Shown here: piece after piece, positions 1-10,415 of the stretch | How the letters are laid out: every line of letters starts with the position of its first letter | Numbering within the stretch: position 1 is the stretch's first letter | From: Chitinophaga pinensis | Lineage (GTDB): Bacteria; Bacteroidota; Bacteroidia; UBA4408 | Direction: 5' to 3' | Length of the DNA: 64,000 bases | Assembly (NCBI GenBank): GCA_945872355.1 | Contig: CAMBZU010000005.1 | Coordinates: forward strand, 7,151-71,150 | Translations under genes and position numbers: made by a program | The notes under the pieces: model-generated | Database searches by the model: none | What the model saw: the letters and a program-made list of their open reading frames with translations, nothing else | What the model was told of the DNA's origin: nothing

Positions 1-130
1 AACCTCATTCTGTTTGGCTTGAAATTGAAAGACAGCAAGTGCCGCCTTTTCAAAATCTTGCTCACTTTGAATGTCAAAAACTTGTTTTTCGAGCGCTGGT
101 TGGAGCAATGGTTAGCTTTTAACTATTGAA

Positions 131-1009
131 CTAGGCAGAAATTGCTTCAATATCTTTATTCACTTTCTTTACCAGGCCTTGTAATACTTTACCTGGACCA
201 GCTTCATAAAATTTGGTAGCGCCATCAGCAATCATTTGCTCCATGGTTTGTGTCCATTTTACAGGCGCAGTTAATTGAGAGATTAGGTTCATTTTTATTG
301 CTCCTGGATCAGAAACTGCCTTTGCAGTATAGTTTTGGTAAATTGGACAAATTGGAGCACTAAATAAAGTTTCACTAATGGCTTGCTCTAATTCTTTTTG
401 CGCTGGCATCATTAATGGCGAATGAAAAGCACCGCCTACTTGCAATACAAGCGCTCTTTTAGCACCAGCAGCTTTTAGTTTCTCACAAGCTTCATTAATA
501 CCATCAATACTTCCAGAAATAACCAATTGGCCCGGGCAATTATAATTTGCTGCAACAACAACTTGATCGGTAATTGAAGCGCACACATCTTCCACAATTT
601 TATCTTCTAATCCTAACACGGCAGCCATGGTACTCGGTTGCAATTCACAAGCTTTTTGCATGGCATCTGCTCTTCGTGCAACTAATTTTAATGCATCTTG
701 AAAAGTAAGTGTTTGATTGGCCACCAAAGCAGAAAACTCGCCTAATGAATGACCTGCCACCATAGCAGGTTTAAATGCATCACCCAAATGCTTAATTACT
801 GCTATTGAATGCAAGAAAATGGCTGGTTGGGTAACCTTGGTTTGTTTTAACTGTTCGTCAGTTCCTTCAAACATAATTTGGGTAATTTCAAAGCCCAGAA
901 TTTGGTTGGCCTCATCAAACAAATTTTTTACAATAGCACTGTTTTGATATAAATCTTTACCCATACCCGAAAACTGAGCGCCTTGACCGGGAAAAACGTA
1001 TGCATTCAT
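131..1009 (-). CDS. fabD: ACP S-malonyltransferase (malonyl-CoA:ACP transacylase)
   Basis: 292 aa; N-terminus MNAYVFPGQGAQFSGMGKDL and active-site GHSLGE motif typical of FabD. Confidence 0.9.
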   Translation of the reverse strand: MNAYVFPGQGAQFSGMGKDLYQNSAIVKNLFDEANQILGFEITQIMFEGTDEQLKQTKVTQPAIFLHSIAVIKHLGDAFKPAMVAGHSLGEFSALVANQTLTFQDALKLVARRADAMQKACELQPSTMAAVLGLEDKIVEDVCASITDQVVVAANYNCPGQLVISGSIDGINEACEKLKAAGAKRALVLQVGGAFHSPLMMPAQKELEQAISETLFSAPICPIYQNYTAKAVSDPGAIKMNLISQLTAPVKWTQTMEQMIADGATKFYEAGPGKVLQGLVKKVNKDIEAISA

Positions 1010-1035
1010 ATAAAAATATTTTTAAATTAAGAGAA

Positions 1036-1062
1036 ACAAAAAAGGAGGTGATGTACCTCCTA
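1036..1062 (-). terminator. Rho-independent terminator (hairpin aggaggt-N5-acctcct flanked by A/T runs) downstream of the WG-repeat gene
   Basis: 7-bp perfect stem with A-run on + strand (U-run on - transcript) between 1085 stop and fabD start. Confidence 0.5.
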
Positions 1063-1084
1063 ATATAGTTTTTTTATGTTTTGA

Positions 1085-2113
1085 TTATTTAGCGCCTTGC
1101 CAAACAAATCCACCTTTCTTATCAATATAAGCAGAATTACCTGCTCTTAAACCACCTATTTTTACAAAGGCCATATCGTTTTTAAAATCAGATGGGAAAG
1201 AAAAATCTTTATCAATGACAACTTCACCTGTTTTATCAATATATTTCCAAGTACCGTCAATTTTCACACATGCTAACCCTTCAGAAAAAGGCATGGCTTG
1301 GTCAAATTTTGGGTTGATTACCATTTTGCCTGTTTTGCCCATATAACCCCATTTGCCAGTTTTAAAATTACCTGCTCTAAAACTAGCTAAACCTTCGCTA
1401 AACTGATTTGCCTTATCAAACTGTGCTTCAATAACCCATTTGCCAGCTTTATCAATAAAACCATATTTTCCTGTGGCCTCATTACCCACTCTTACGTTTG
1501 CTAAACCATCTTTAAATTCAAAGGCATCATCATAATTAGCAGCAATCACCATTTTGCCTGTTTTGTCAATATACCCCCACTTTCCTGTTTTAAAATTTCC
1601 TGTTTTAACACGCGCTAAGCCTTCACTAAAATCATAAGCGGCTTCAAAAGTTGCAGGTAAAATTTCTTTTCCAGTTTTATCAATATAGCCAAATTTAAGT
1701 CCTTTTTGGAAGCGGGCTGCACCATCATTAAAATTGTAAGTATAGTCGGCATTTGATTCAATAACAACCTTTCCTGTTTTATCAATGTATTTCCATTTTC
1801 CTTCTTTTTTAACCACAGCCAATCCATCTTTAAACTTATAAGCTTCATCAAATTGAGCAGCAATAACCATTTTACCAGATTTATCAATAAAACCCTTTTT
1901 CCCACTTTCTTTTACCACAGCCAGTCCTTCGTAAAATTGATCTGCAAAAGAATATTGGCCGGTGATTATTACTTTCCCACTTTGATTGATGAATCCGTAC
2001 TTTCCTTTTTCTTCGAACGGGAACAAGCCATCTTGGGCTTTAGTTACTGTAAATGAAATTGTTAAGGCTGCAGCAGCTAATACAAACTTTCGTTTTAAAT
2101 TTAATTTTATCAT
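1085..2113 (-). CDS. WG (KWG) repeat-containing secreted protein
   Basis: 342 aa; N-terminal signal peptide; ~9 tandem repeats of pattern GKYGFID..GK.VI...FD.A..F.EGLA. Confidence 0.7.
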   Translation of the reverse strand: MIKLNLKRKFVLAAAALTISFTVTKAQDGLFPFEEKGKYGFINQSGKVIITGQYSFADQFYEGLAVVKESGKKGFIDKSGKMVIAAQFDEAYKFKDGLAVVKKEGKWKYIDKTGKVVIESNADYTYNFNDGAARFQKGLKFGYIDKTGKEILPATFEAAYDFSEGLARVKTGNFKTGKWGYIDKTGKMVIAANYDDAFEFKDGLANVRVGNEATGKYGFIDKAGKWVIEAQFDKANQFSEGLASFRAGNFKTGKWGYMGKTGKMVINPKFDQAMPFSEGLACVKIDGTWKYIDKTGEVVIDKDFSFPSDFKNDMAFVKIGGLRAGNSAYIDKKGGFVWQGAK

Positions 2114-2293
2114 AGCAATGATATATTTTCTTAAGATTTAGTTGGCTATTACCCTAAACTTTTAGGTAACAGCTCCAACGATTTACAAAGATGAATAATA
2201 TTTTTTAAAAAACGATACAGAAATAATTATTCTTTAAAAAAATGTGTCTTTTTACAGATAATTGCGTTAATTGGCGACATTTTAATTCACATT

Positions 2294-2935
2294 ATGCCAT
2301 TATCACATATTAGTAAATTAGGGGGTGATCTTAAACTTGGTTTCTGGCAAATGAGTGAGTCATCGGAAGCATTGCTTAAAATAAGTTCGCTCCATGCCTA
2401 TGAATTAAATGATTTTGCAGCAATTAATCACGAAAAGCATAAAAAACAATGGCTTAGTACAAGATTGCTAGCTCAAGAAATGTGTGGCGAAAATGCACAA
2501 ATTTACTACGATGATTACAGAAAACCACACTGCTTTGGCTTTGGCGGTATTTCCATTTCACATTCGGGCGATTATGCATTGTTGGCTACTCATAAAAATA
2601 ACCCTATTGGTGTGGATATTGAACTAATTTCTGAAAAAATAATCCGCATAAAAGACAAATTTATTTCTTCAGAAGAAGAGGAACTTTTTAAACATTTCGG
2701 GAACGAAAAACTGTTTATGTTTTATCATTTGGTATGGAGTTTTAAAGAAGCGGCCTTTAAATTATATGGCAAAAAAGGACTTATTTTTAAAAAGCATATT
2801 ATTTTAAAAGAACTGCAAACAGATAAGATGAACACAATAAACGGTGTACTAATAATCAATAATGAGGAGGTTGAAATTACAGGAAACTTTTTATTTATTG
2901 GAGGTTATGTAATTTGCACTTGTCAGTATAAATAA
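2294..2935 (+). CDS. 4'-phosphopantetheinyl transferase superfamily protein (Sfp/EntD-like)
   Basis: 213 aa; GVDIE and W(S)FKEAAFK motifs characteristic of PPTases; lies next to fabD. Confidence 0.65.
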   Translation: MPLSHISKLGGDLKLGFWQMSESSEALLKISSLHAYELNDFAAINHEKHKKQWLSTRLLAQEMCGENAQIYYDDYRKPHCFGFGGISISHSGDYALLATHKNNPIGVDIELISEKIIRIKDKFISSEEEELFKHFGNEKLFMFYHLVWSFKEAAFKLYGKKGLIFKKHIILKELQTDKMNTINGVLIINNEEVEITGNFLFIGGYVICTCQYK

Positions 2936-3217
2936 TATTAAAAATTAATACATTGAATCGGAACACAAAAAAGTTTGAACCAAAACTTACTTATTAATTT
3001 TATTAAAGACAGTTATTTAAAGAAAATTAGCATGAAACTGCCCAGGTGCAATGACAAAAAAAATCAAGTAAAAGTTTAAATGATTTAAGGTTTAACTCTA
3101 ACTATTTTGTTATCTTTTAAAATAACCAATTCACTATTCATTTTCTTTTTAAATGCAATTAGTCGCTCATAAACTAATTCCATTCCAGCTAAAATTTTTT
3201 CTTGCTGTTCTGTTCTT

Positions 3218-3801
3218 TTATATTCTTTCATTTATGTATCCATTTAACGTGTTATACTTTTCAACATCAATAATTTTCATTTCTGTATCAAACAATTTTT
3301 CAGCTATTAATGCCGTTTTACCATTAGAGTTATCAAAAATCATAACTTCATCAACAATAGGCAAATATAAAGAAAATAAATTTTTAATTCCTCTAATATA
3401 CCTCCTTTCAATAATTTCATCAGGGATGTGATGACCTCCTTCTAACACTCTAATAAGGACCCTTTCTTTAGCTAAGCGCGTATTTTGCAACCAAAAAAAA
3501 AGTAATGTAATAAATAACCTTCTGCTTTGGCTCTTCTAATTTTTTGCTTGTAAATTTTTGAAGAGAGTGTTGTTTCAAAAGCAAAATTTATTTTAGCGGC
3601 AAACAACTAATCAATTCTGTTAAGCATTATTCTTCCAGATTCAAACGAAACACTTTCAGGTTGAAAAGGAGACAAACCTTTCGCAATTTCATCTCGCAAT
3701 TTCATCAGCATTCACAAATTCCTTGCATTTAATGATTTCCGGCAAAATTGTAAAAGAAGCTGTGGTTTTACCAGCTCCATTGCATCCAGCAATTACAAAT
3801 A
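3218..3801 (-). pseudogene. Disrupted zeta-toxin-like / AAA-family P-loop ATPase (predicted kinase) pseudogene
   Basis: Reverse-strand reading gives (V/M)KEKNLFVIAGCNGAGKTTASFTILPEII..NADEIAR (Walker A). The frame then breaks at a perfect 13-bp tandem duplication (tcgcaatttcatc x2 at 3681-3706). An in-frame TAG follows at 3606-3608, and another frameshift sits in an A/T homopolymer near 3493-3501. Only the C-terminal 90 aa (3218-3490, ..GGHHIPDEIIERRY..) remains an intact ORF. Confidence 0.6.
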
Positions 3802-3908
3802 AATTTTTCTCTTTCACAAATGCAAATTTACAAATTATATTTAGAGTAATTTGAGTCAATAACTTTCTCTATTTGCCATAATCCCTAAAATGATTTACTT
3901 TTGCCCAT

Positions 3909-4640
3909 ATGGTAAAAAATATTTACAGCCAATTTACTGATGCCCCAAAAAAGCAGTTTTGTGTTTTAGTGGATCCCGATAAACATCATGTTGACAGTTT
4001 AAAGCAATTTACACAGCAGCTTTCCAAAACCAATCAAGTTGATTTTATTTTGGTGGGAGGCAGTTTATTACGCAAGAACAACTTTGATAAAACAATTGAG
4101 CTATTAAAAGCTGAAACAGATGTGCCCGTAATCATTTTTCCGGGAAACACCATGCAAATTAGTCAAAATGCTGATGCTATTTTATTGCTTTCATTGATCT
4201 CAGGTAGAAATGCAGAAATGTTGATAGGCAACCATGTACTTGCTGCTCCATTAATCAAAGAAGCTAATTTAGAAACCATCTCAACAGGTTATATGTTAAT
4301 TGATGGTGGGCAAACAACCACTGTTCAATATATGAGTAATACTTTCCCTATTCCGTCAAACAAGCCCGAAATAGCTGCTGCTACAGCATTGGCTGGACAA
4401 ATGTTGGGTATGCAATTGATTTATATGGATGCTGGAAGTGGCGCATACCAATCGGTTCCACTAAATATGATTAAGGCTGTTAAACATGAAATAAATATTC
4501 CATTGATTATTGGAGGTGGTATTAAAGACGCCAAAAGCGTTACAGCTTGCTGCAAAGCTGGTGCCGATGTTATTGTGGTTGGAAATTTATTTGAAGAAAA
4601 ACCCGAAATGGTGAGGGAATTGGCTGATGCGATGGCTTAA
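3909..4640 (+). CDS. Geranylgeranylglyceryl/heptaprenylglyceryl phosphate synthase family protein (PcrB/GGGPS-like)
   Basis: 243 aa; C-terminal IIGGGIKDAKSV..AGADVIVVGN matches the PcrB/GGGPS TIM-barrel phosphate-binding motifs. Confidence 0.8.
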   Translation: MVKNIYSQFTDAPKKQFCVLVDPDKHHVDSLKQFTQQLSKTNQVDFILVGGSLLRKNNFDKTIELLKAETDVPVIIFPGNTMQISQNADAILLLSLISGRNAEMLIGNHVLAAPLIKEANLETISTGYMLIDGGQTTTVQYMSNTFPIPSNKPEIAAATALAGQMLGMQLIYMDAGSGAYQSVPLNMIKAVKHEINIPLIIGGGIKDAKSVTACCKAGADVIVVGNLFEEKPEMVRELADAMA

Positions 4641-4871
4641 ATTTAAAGAAAATATGGCGCTCACAAACTATTTTTGATTAAACCCAAATTCTCATTAGAA
4701 ATTTACTCAAATCATTTTACTTCAATCTCAAGCACATAATCCCATTATAATTTCAAAATAGCTCGCTATTCTTTCAATACAAAACAGTCCGTGAGCGCTT
4801 GATATTATTACAAAATTTTGTTGAGCTCAAATTTGCTGTTAAAAACAACATTTATTTAAATTGATTTGCGT

Positions 4872-7346
4872 TTATTTTTCTTCTTTAATTTGAAGATCAA
4901 TAGCACGATCAACCTTTTCATCAGTAAGCGCAAATTTGATCACCTGTTCCATTTCTGTTACATAATGAAACTGCATATTTGTCAAATAATCTTGTTTAAT
5001 TTCTTCAATGTCTTTTCTGTTCTCGGCACACAAAATTACTTCATTAATACCCGCACGTTTAGCTGCCAATATTTTTTCCTTAATGCCACCTACGGGCAAT
5101 ACTTTTCCTCTTAATGTAATTTCGCCAGTCATAGCTAAATTGGCTTTTACCTTACGTTGTGTAAATGCCGAAGTAAGCGCAGTAAGCATTGTTATACCAG
5201 CCGAAGGTCCATCTTTGGGAGTAGCGCCTTCAGGCACATGAATATGGATATTCCAATTGCTAAAAACTTCCGATGGAATATTGAAAATATCATTGTGCGA
5301 CTTTAAGTACTCAAGCGCTATCACTGCCGATTCTTTCATCACATCGCCTAAATTTCCTGTTAAAGTTAACTTGCCACCCGTTTTAGGACTTTTACTTAAA
5401 CTCACTTCGATAAATAAAATATCACCACCTACCGATGTCCAAGCTAAACCAGTAACCACTCCAGCTACACTGTTATCTTGATACTTATCGCGATGAAACA
5501 TTTCCGGTCCAAGTATTTTTTTGATATCAGTAGGAGTAAGTTTACTGTTGTATGCTTCTTTCATGGCAATATAACGCGCGTTTGCTCTAATGGCTTTGGC
5601 TATTTGCTTTTCAAGCGCACGCACACCGCTTTCGCGGGTGTAATCTTCAATAATTTTTTCTAAAGCAGGATCAGTAAATTGTAATTGGCTTTTCTTTAAA
5701 CCATGCTCTTCTAACTGTCGGGGAACTAAATGACGTTTTGCAATTTCAAGCTTTTCTTCGAGCGTATAACCGCTTACATCAATAATTTCTAACCTGTCGC
5801 GCAGGGCAGGCTGTATGGTGCTCAACGAGTTGGCTGTGGCAATAAACATTACTTTGCTTAAATCATATTCTAACTCTAAAAAATTATCATAAAAGGCATT
5901 GTTTTGTTCTGGATCAAGCACTTCTAAAAGCGCAGAAGAAGGATCGCCATGATAGCTGCTTGCCACTTTATCAATTTCATCTAAAATAAAAACAGGGTTT
6001 GATGATTTTGCCTTTTTTATATTTTGAACAATTCGGCCAGGCATAGCACCAATGTATGTTTTGCGATGTCCTCTAATTTCTGCCTCATCGTGCACGCCAC
6101 CCAAACTCATGCGTATAAACTTTCTTCCAAGCGCTTTGGCTATTGACTTCCCCAAAGATGTTTTACCAACGCCCGGAGGGCCATATAAACAAAGGATGGG
6201 CGCTTTCATGTTGCCTTTCATTTTTAGCACTGCCAAATGTTCTATAATGCGGTCTTTTACTTTTTCTAAGCCAAAATGATCATCATCTAAAATTTTTTGC
6301 GCTTTTTTTAGGTCAAATCTGTCTTTGGTATATTCGTTCCAAGGCAAATCTAAGAGTGTATCTACATAATTGGTTTGCACCGAATACTCTGCAGAATTAG
6401 GATTCATGCGTTGTAGTTTTTGCAACTCTTTAGTAAAGGTTTCAGCAACTTCAGCACTCCATTTTTTCTTTTCTGCTCTCTTTTGATATTCACTAACTTC
6501 TTTTTCTATTGAATTACCAAGCTCTTCTTGTATGGTTTTAAGCTGTTGACTTAGGAAATAGTCCCTTTGCTGCTTATCCATATCGACCTTTACCTTGCTT
6601 TGTATTTGGTTTTTAAGTTCCAACATTTGCAATTCTTTGCTAAGATGTTGCAATACATAGGTAGCTCTGTCTTTTAAATCGGCTACTTCCAGCATCTTTT
6701 GCTTTTCGGCAACAGGTGCGTTCATGTTTGACGAAATAAAGTTGATTAAAAAAGATGGGCTTTCAATGTTTTTAATGGCGAAAGCTGCCTCAGATGGTAT
6801 ATTTGGCGACTTGTTGATGATTTGCAATGCTAAATCCTTAAGTGAAGCTACAAGTGCTGAAAATTCCTTTTCGTTTTTACCGGGTCTGGTTTCTTCAAAA
6901 GGCAGGATTGATGCTTTTAAGTAAGGGTCTTGCTGCACTACTTCTTTTAATTCAAAACGCTTTTTGCCTTGAATAATTACAGTGGTATTGCCATCAGGCA
7001 TGCGCAACATTTTTACGATGTAGGCAACGGTACCAATTTTATTTAAATCATCCGGTATAGGATCTTCAATTTTATCATCCTTTTGTGAAAGTACGCCAAT
7101 AATTTTATCTCCTTTGTAAGCATCTTTAATAAGCTTTATTGATTTGTCTCTTCCAACTGTAATTGGAATTACAACACCAGGAAAAAGTACAGTGTTTCGC
7201 AATGATAAAATTGGCAACACATCAGGAATTTTCTCTGCATTCATTTGCTCTTCATCCTCAGCAGATAAAAGCGGTATAAATTCTGCCTCATCATCAACAA
7301 TATTGTCAAAATTCCTCAATTCAAAATTAAAATTATCGTTTTCCAT
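4872..7346 (-). CDS. lon: ATP-dependent protease Lon (endopeptidase La)
   Basis: 824 aa; Walker [10 protein letters not shown]; Lon N-domain; C-terminal protease motif [11 protein letters not shown] with catalytic Ser. Confidence 0.95.
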   Translation of the reverse strand: MENDNFNFELRNFDNIVDDEAEFIPLLSAEDEEQMNAEKIPDVLPILSLRNTVLFPGVVIPITVGRDKSIKLIKDAYKGDKIIGVLSQKDDKIEDPIPDDLNKIGTVAYIVKMLRMPDGNTTVIIQGKKRFELKEVVQQDPYLKASILPFEETRPGKNEKEFSALVASLKDLALQIINKSPNIPSEAAFAIKNIESPSFLINFISSNMNAPVAEKQKMLEVADLKDRATYVLQHLSKELQMLELKNQIQSKVKVDMDKQQRDYFLSQQLKTIQEELGNSIEKEVSEYQKRAEKKKWSAEVAETFTKELQKLQRMNPNSAEYSVQTNYVDTLLDLPWNEYTKDRFDLKKAQKILDDDHFGLEKVKDRIIEHLAVLKMKGNMKAPILCLYGPPGVGKTSLGKSIAKALGRKFIRMSLGGVHDEAEIRGHRKTYIGAMPGRIVQNIKKAKSSNPVFILDEIDKVASSYHGDPSSALLEVLDPEQNNAFYDNFLELEYDLSKVMFIATANSLSTIQPALRDRLEIIDVSGYTLEEKLEIAKRHLVPRQLEEHGLKKSQLQFTDPALEKIIEDYTRESGVRALEKQIAKAIRANARYIAMKEAYNSKLTPTDIKKILGPEMFHRDKYQDNSVAGVVTGLAWTSVGGDILFIEVSLSKSPKTGGKLTLTGNLGDVMKESAVIALEYLKSHNDIFNIPSEVFSNWNIHIHVPEGATPKDGPSAGITMLTALTSAFTQRKVKANLAMTGEITLRGKVLPVGGIKEKILAAKRAGINEVILCAENRKDIEEIKQDYLTNMQFHYVTEMEQVIKFALTDEKVDRAIDLQIKEEK

Positions 7347-7831
7347 AAGTGTTATTTCATTTTAATTGTTTGTCACGATGTCCAAAAAAAATAAATGTTT
7401 GGGACAAAATGTCAGCACATGATTTTAAAAACTTTAAAATTAAGCAGCTAAAGTTTAAACCTTTTTGCTTAATTGATTGATAGTGTTATTTTTATAACTT
7501 TATAAACCTTAGCAAGCTATATTGGTTTTCAATAGTTGTGCCAATGATGGCAAGCGCAAATTAGTCAGTAATGATATTTAAAAAAAATGAAATTCGCAAT
7601 ACAAATAATGAACAATAAACAAGCTAAAAAATGAATTAGTGAAGCTATAATCGTAGATTAGGTTTTAGAGATGCGGCATTGTATTTAATAAATACAAATG
7701 GTATAATTAATGGCCCAAATTTGTTTCACAGCATTTGTCCCAAACTTTTTTCCGGTCGGCATTTACCAATGTAAGATTTTAAATTATTGGTATAATTTAT
7801 AAATCACCTCGGTATAATATGTATTGGAGAT

Positions 7832-7872
7832 TTTAAAAATAATAAAGGCCCGCCATAATTGACGGGCCTTTA
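7832..7872 (-). terminator. Rho-independent terminator downstream of the LOX-like gene
   Basis: aaaggcccg-N10-cgggccttt perfect 9-bp GC-rich stem flanked by A-rich and T-rich tracts, 20 bp beyond the stop at 7892. Confidence 0.6.
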
Positions 7873-7891
7873 TTAAATATTATAAAGCTGA

Positions 7892-10240
7892 TTATTGCTT
7901 TACTAATTTTTCTACTCTGTAGAAACTATCATTGCTTACTTTAATAAAATAAATACCATTGCTCATTTCATTTAAGTCAATATTAAACTTTGAAAGATGG
8001 GCAGCAATATTCATTTCTTTTACTAAACGACCAGAATAGTCGAATATAGAGGCAGTCATTGCTTTTCCAGATGGATTTTGCAACATTACTGTTACATTAT
8101 CATTTGCTGGATTTGGCACTAAATGAAAGTATAAAAGATTATCATTTTCAACTACATCAGTAATTATAGCTGGGAAACATGCACCTGTAATTGATGAAGA
8201 GGTTCTTTCAGCATTTGAATTTACAATATCTGTAATTCCACTTATACAAATCCAATTTTGGCTCACACCTGAGAAATAAACTCTTACTAAGCCTTGTGGA
8301 TTATTGGCACGCTTTATCGTTGAGTCAACAGGAGAAATACCAAATATTGCGTTTGTATTGCCATTAAATCTTAAATCAACTGGAAATTCTACATTGCTAA
8401 CTAAACTTACAACACTTTGAATGTAAACACCGCTTATATTAAATTGAAAAGCCATGATATCTGAACTTGGATTGTTGATATAAACATCTAAATAACCACC
8501 AGCAAGATTAACATTCACAATTTCTAAACTTGTGTTTTCATTAGGGTTGGTCACATTTCTTGGGAAGTTACAGTTATATTGAGGGCTTCCGCCAGGATAT
8601 AATATATAAGAATTTTTGCTGCACCATTTCACCAACTCAGCATCATAAATTGATTCTGTTCCATTGCCGCTTACATCAATACAAGAAACAGTATTGTTCA
8701 CACTTGTTTCAATATCATCCAAATAAACATCAACATCAGTAAAATTAAGTAATGCATCGCCTTGGCGGTCGCCCGCAAAAGCACCACCACCGCAAACACC
8801 ATTACAGTCTACAACAGAAGCGCCACCTGGTATGCCAGCGCAGTCAACAAAAGGTGTACATGTTGGTAATAAACTAAATGAAGGTCCAGCAATTGAATCT
8901 TGTTCAATGTGCATACAAACCTGCAAGGCATTGTTTACATAGTTAATTTCTTGATGGCCAAAAGCATCAGGTAAATGAAGTGCGTTGATAATAACAGCCA
9001 ATCTGTAATCTCCAGTTGGCACATCTGTAATATCAATCCATTGGCATTGGGTGCCTGCGCCATATACATCATAACAATTTACTGAAATACCCATATTGCC
9101 ACAATTATATTGTCCAAAACCACAAAGGTCCATTACGCAATATCCGTTTTTATGTCCGGCCGGAATAATATTGTTATTCATATCGTATAAACGATAATCG
9201 CCATAACCTTCGTAATGTGCGTGTCCGTGGCAATTGTTAGTATTAAACATACCTGGCTGAGTTGATACTGTTCCTAAATAGTAATCAAGTGTTCCTACGT
9301 TGTTAATTTTTGAGGTAAAGCGAATAACGCTCCTTGTGCCATATTGTAACAAACAGCCTTCTTGTATATCACAATTTCCAGCTACTACGGTTTGTAATGC
9401 AAAAGAATTGACTAAAGAAGTGGAGTCGAATTCTAAATCGGGTCCTTGGCACAATGGATTGGGATAATAAATACAACTATTATCACTTACTGTTGCAATA
9501 GGGTTAAAGTTGCAAGAAGCAGGATCCATACAGCCTGTAATAGGGCCAACATAAGAAAAATTAAAGTTAATAGGGCTTGTACAACCATCTAAAATATCAC
9601 CAATTCTTATGTAATAGCTATTGCCAGCAATTAGTGTAGTAATTATTCTAGATTGTTGACCACAAAAATCATCGTTAAAAGTATAAGTACCTGTAGCATC
9701 TTCTGTATAGTTACCAGTGCAGTTAGAATACATCCAAATAGCGGTATTGCATGTATTTGTGCTGCAAGTGCTTACCTCATAAGTTCCTGTTGTGGTGCAA
9801 TTATATACATACCAACTATCTTCAAAATTAGAAGTATAGGTTCCTAACGCTATTGGTAAGGCAGATGTACAATATGTTCCTGGAGGGCAAGCAATAGCAT
9901 GTGATGTGCCGTAGCCATATCCTGCACCACTTGTAACCATAACTCCGTCTAAGTACAACCAAAAACCACCTGGAGCAAAAATACCATCGCCATAAGAATC
10001 ATGTATTGAAAAAATAACACAGCTGTTGGCAGGAACACAAACGGTATCACCAATATAATTACCTGAAGCTAAAATAACTCCAGCACCTGTTTTGATGTCC
10101 CATGATATTTCGTTGGGGTAATTGTCAGGCACAATATTTACAATAATTTCTGATAGGCCAACGCCACAGGCAGCTTTTGATGCATTAACTCCAAGAATGT
10201 TTAAAAGGATTATTCCTAAAAAAAGTATTTTGTTTTTCAT
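7892..10240 (-). CDS. Secreted lysyl-oxidase-like (LOX family copper amine oxidase domain) protein with T9SS C-terminal sorting domain
   Basis: 782 aa. Signal peptide present. The central region aligns with the metazoan LOX catalytic domain. The His triad CHGHAHY matches LOX [20 protein letters not shown] matches GHKASFCLED and carries the LTQ lysine. [25 protein letters not shown] matches [24 protein letters not shown] and carries the LTQ tyrosine. The C-terminus ..GIYFIKV.....VEKLVKQ is a Por/T9SS tail. Confidence 0.75.
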   Translation of the reverse strand: [782 protein letters not shown]

Positions 10241-10415
10241 ATTTTTATAATTTTGGGAGAGCGAACTTATGCAAAAAATATGTTAATCCCAAGAATTTAT
10301 ATAAAACTGGCACGGTATGATGTGAAAATAAATCAGAACTTTATAAAATTCTTAATTAAACATAGTAGGCAATAAATAAATCAAAAATATTACATTAGCT
10401 ACCTTAAATAATAAT

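Noticed and set aside
3153-3431. 92-aa forward ORF
   Set aside because: Hydrophobic low-complexity product. It lies entirely antisense to the zeta-like ATPase pseudogene remnant, so it is most likely spurious.
5008-7365. Several 60-80-aa forward-strand ORFs (5008-5241, 5257-5481, 5478-5663, 6052-6279, 6724-6924, 7144-7365)
   Set aside because: All lie antisense within the lon coding sequence. Their composition is typical of shadow ORFs.
7530-7560. Sigma-54 promoter (TGGCAC-N5-TTGA on reverse strand) upstream of lon
   Set aside because: The -12 element is TTGA, not TTGC (GC dinucleotide missing). No cognate bacterial enhancer-binding protein is nearby. Treated as a chance match to the weak TGCCAATGATGGCA palindrome.
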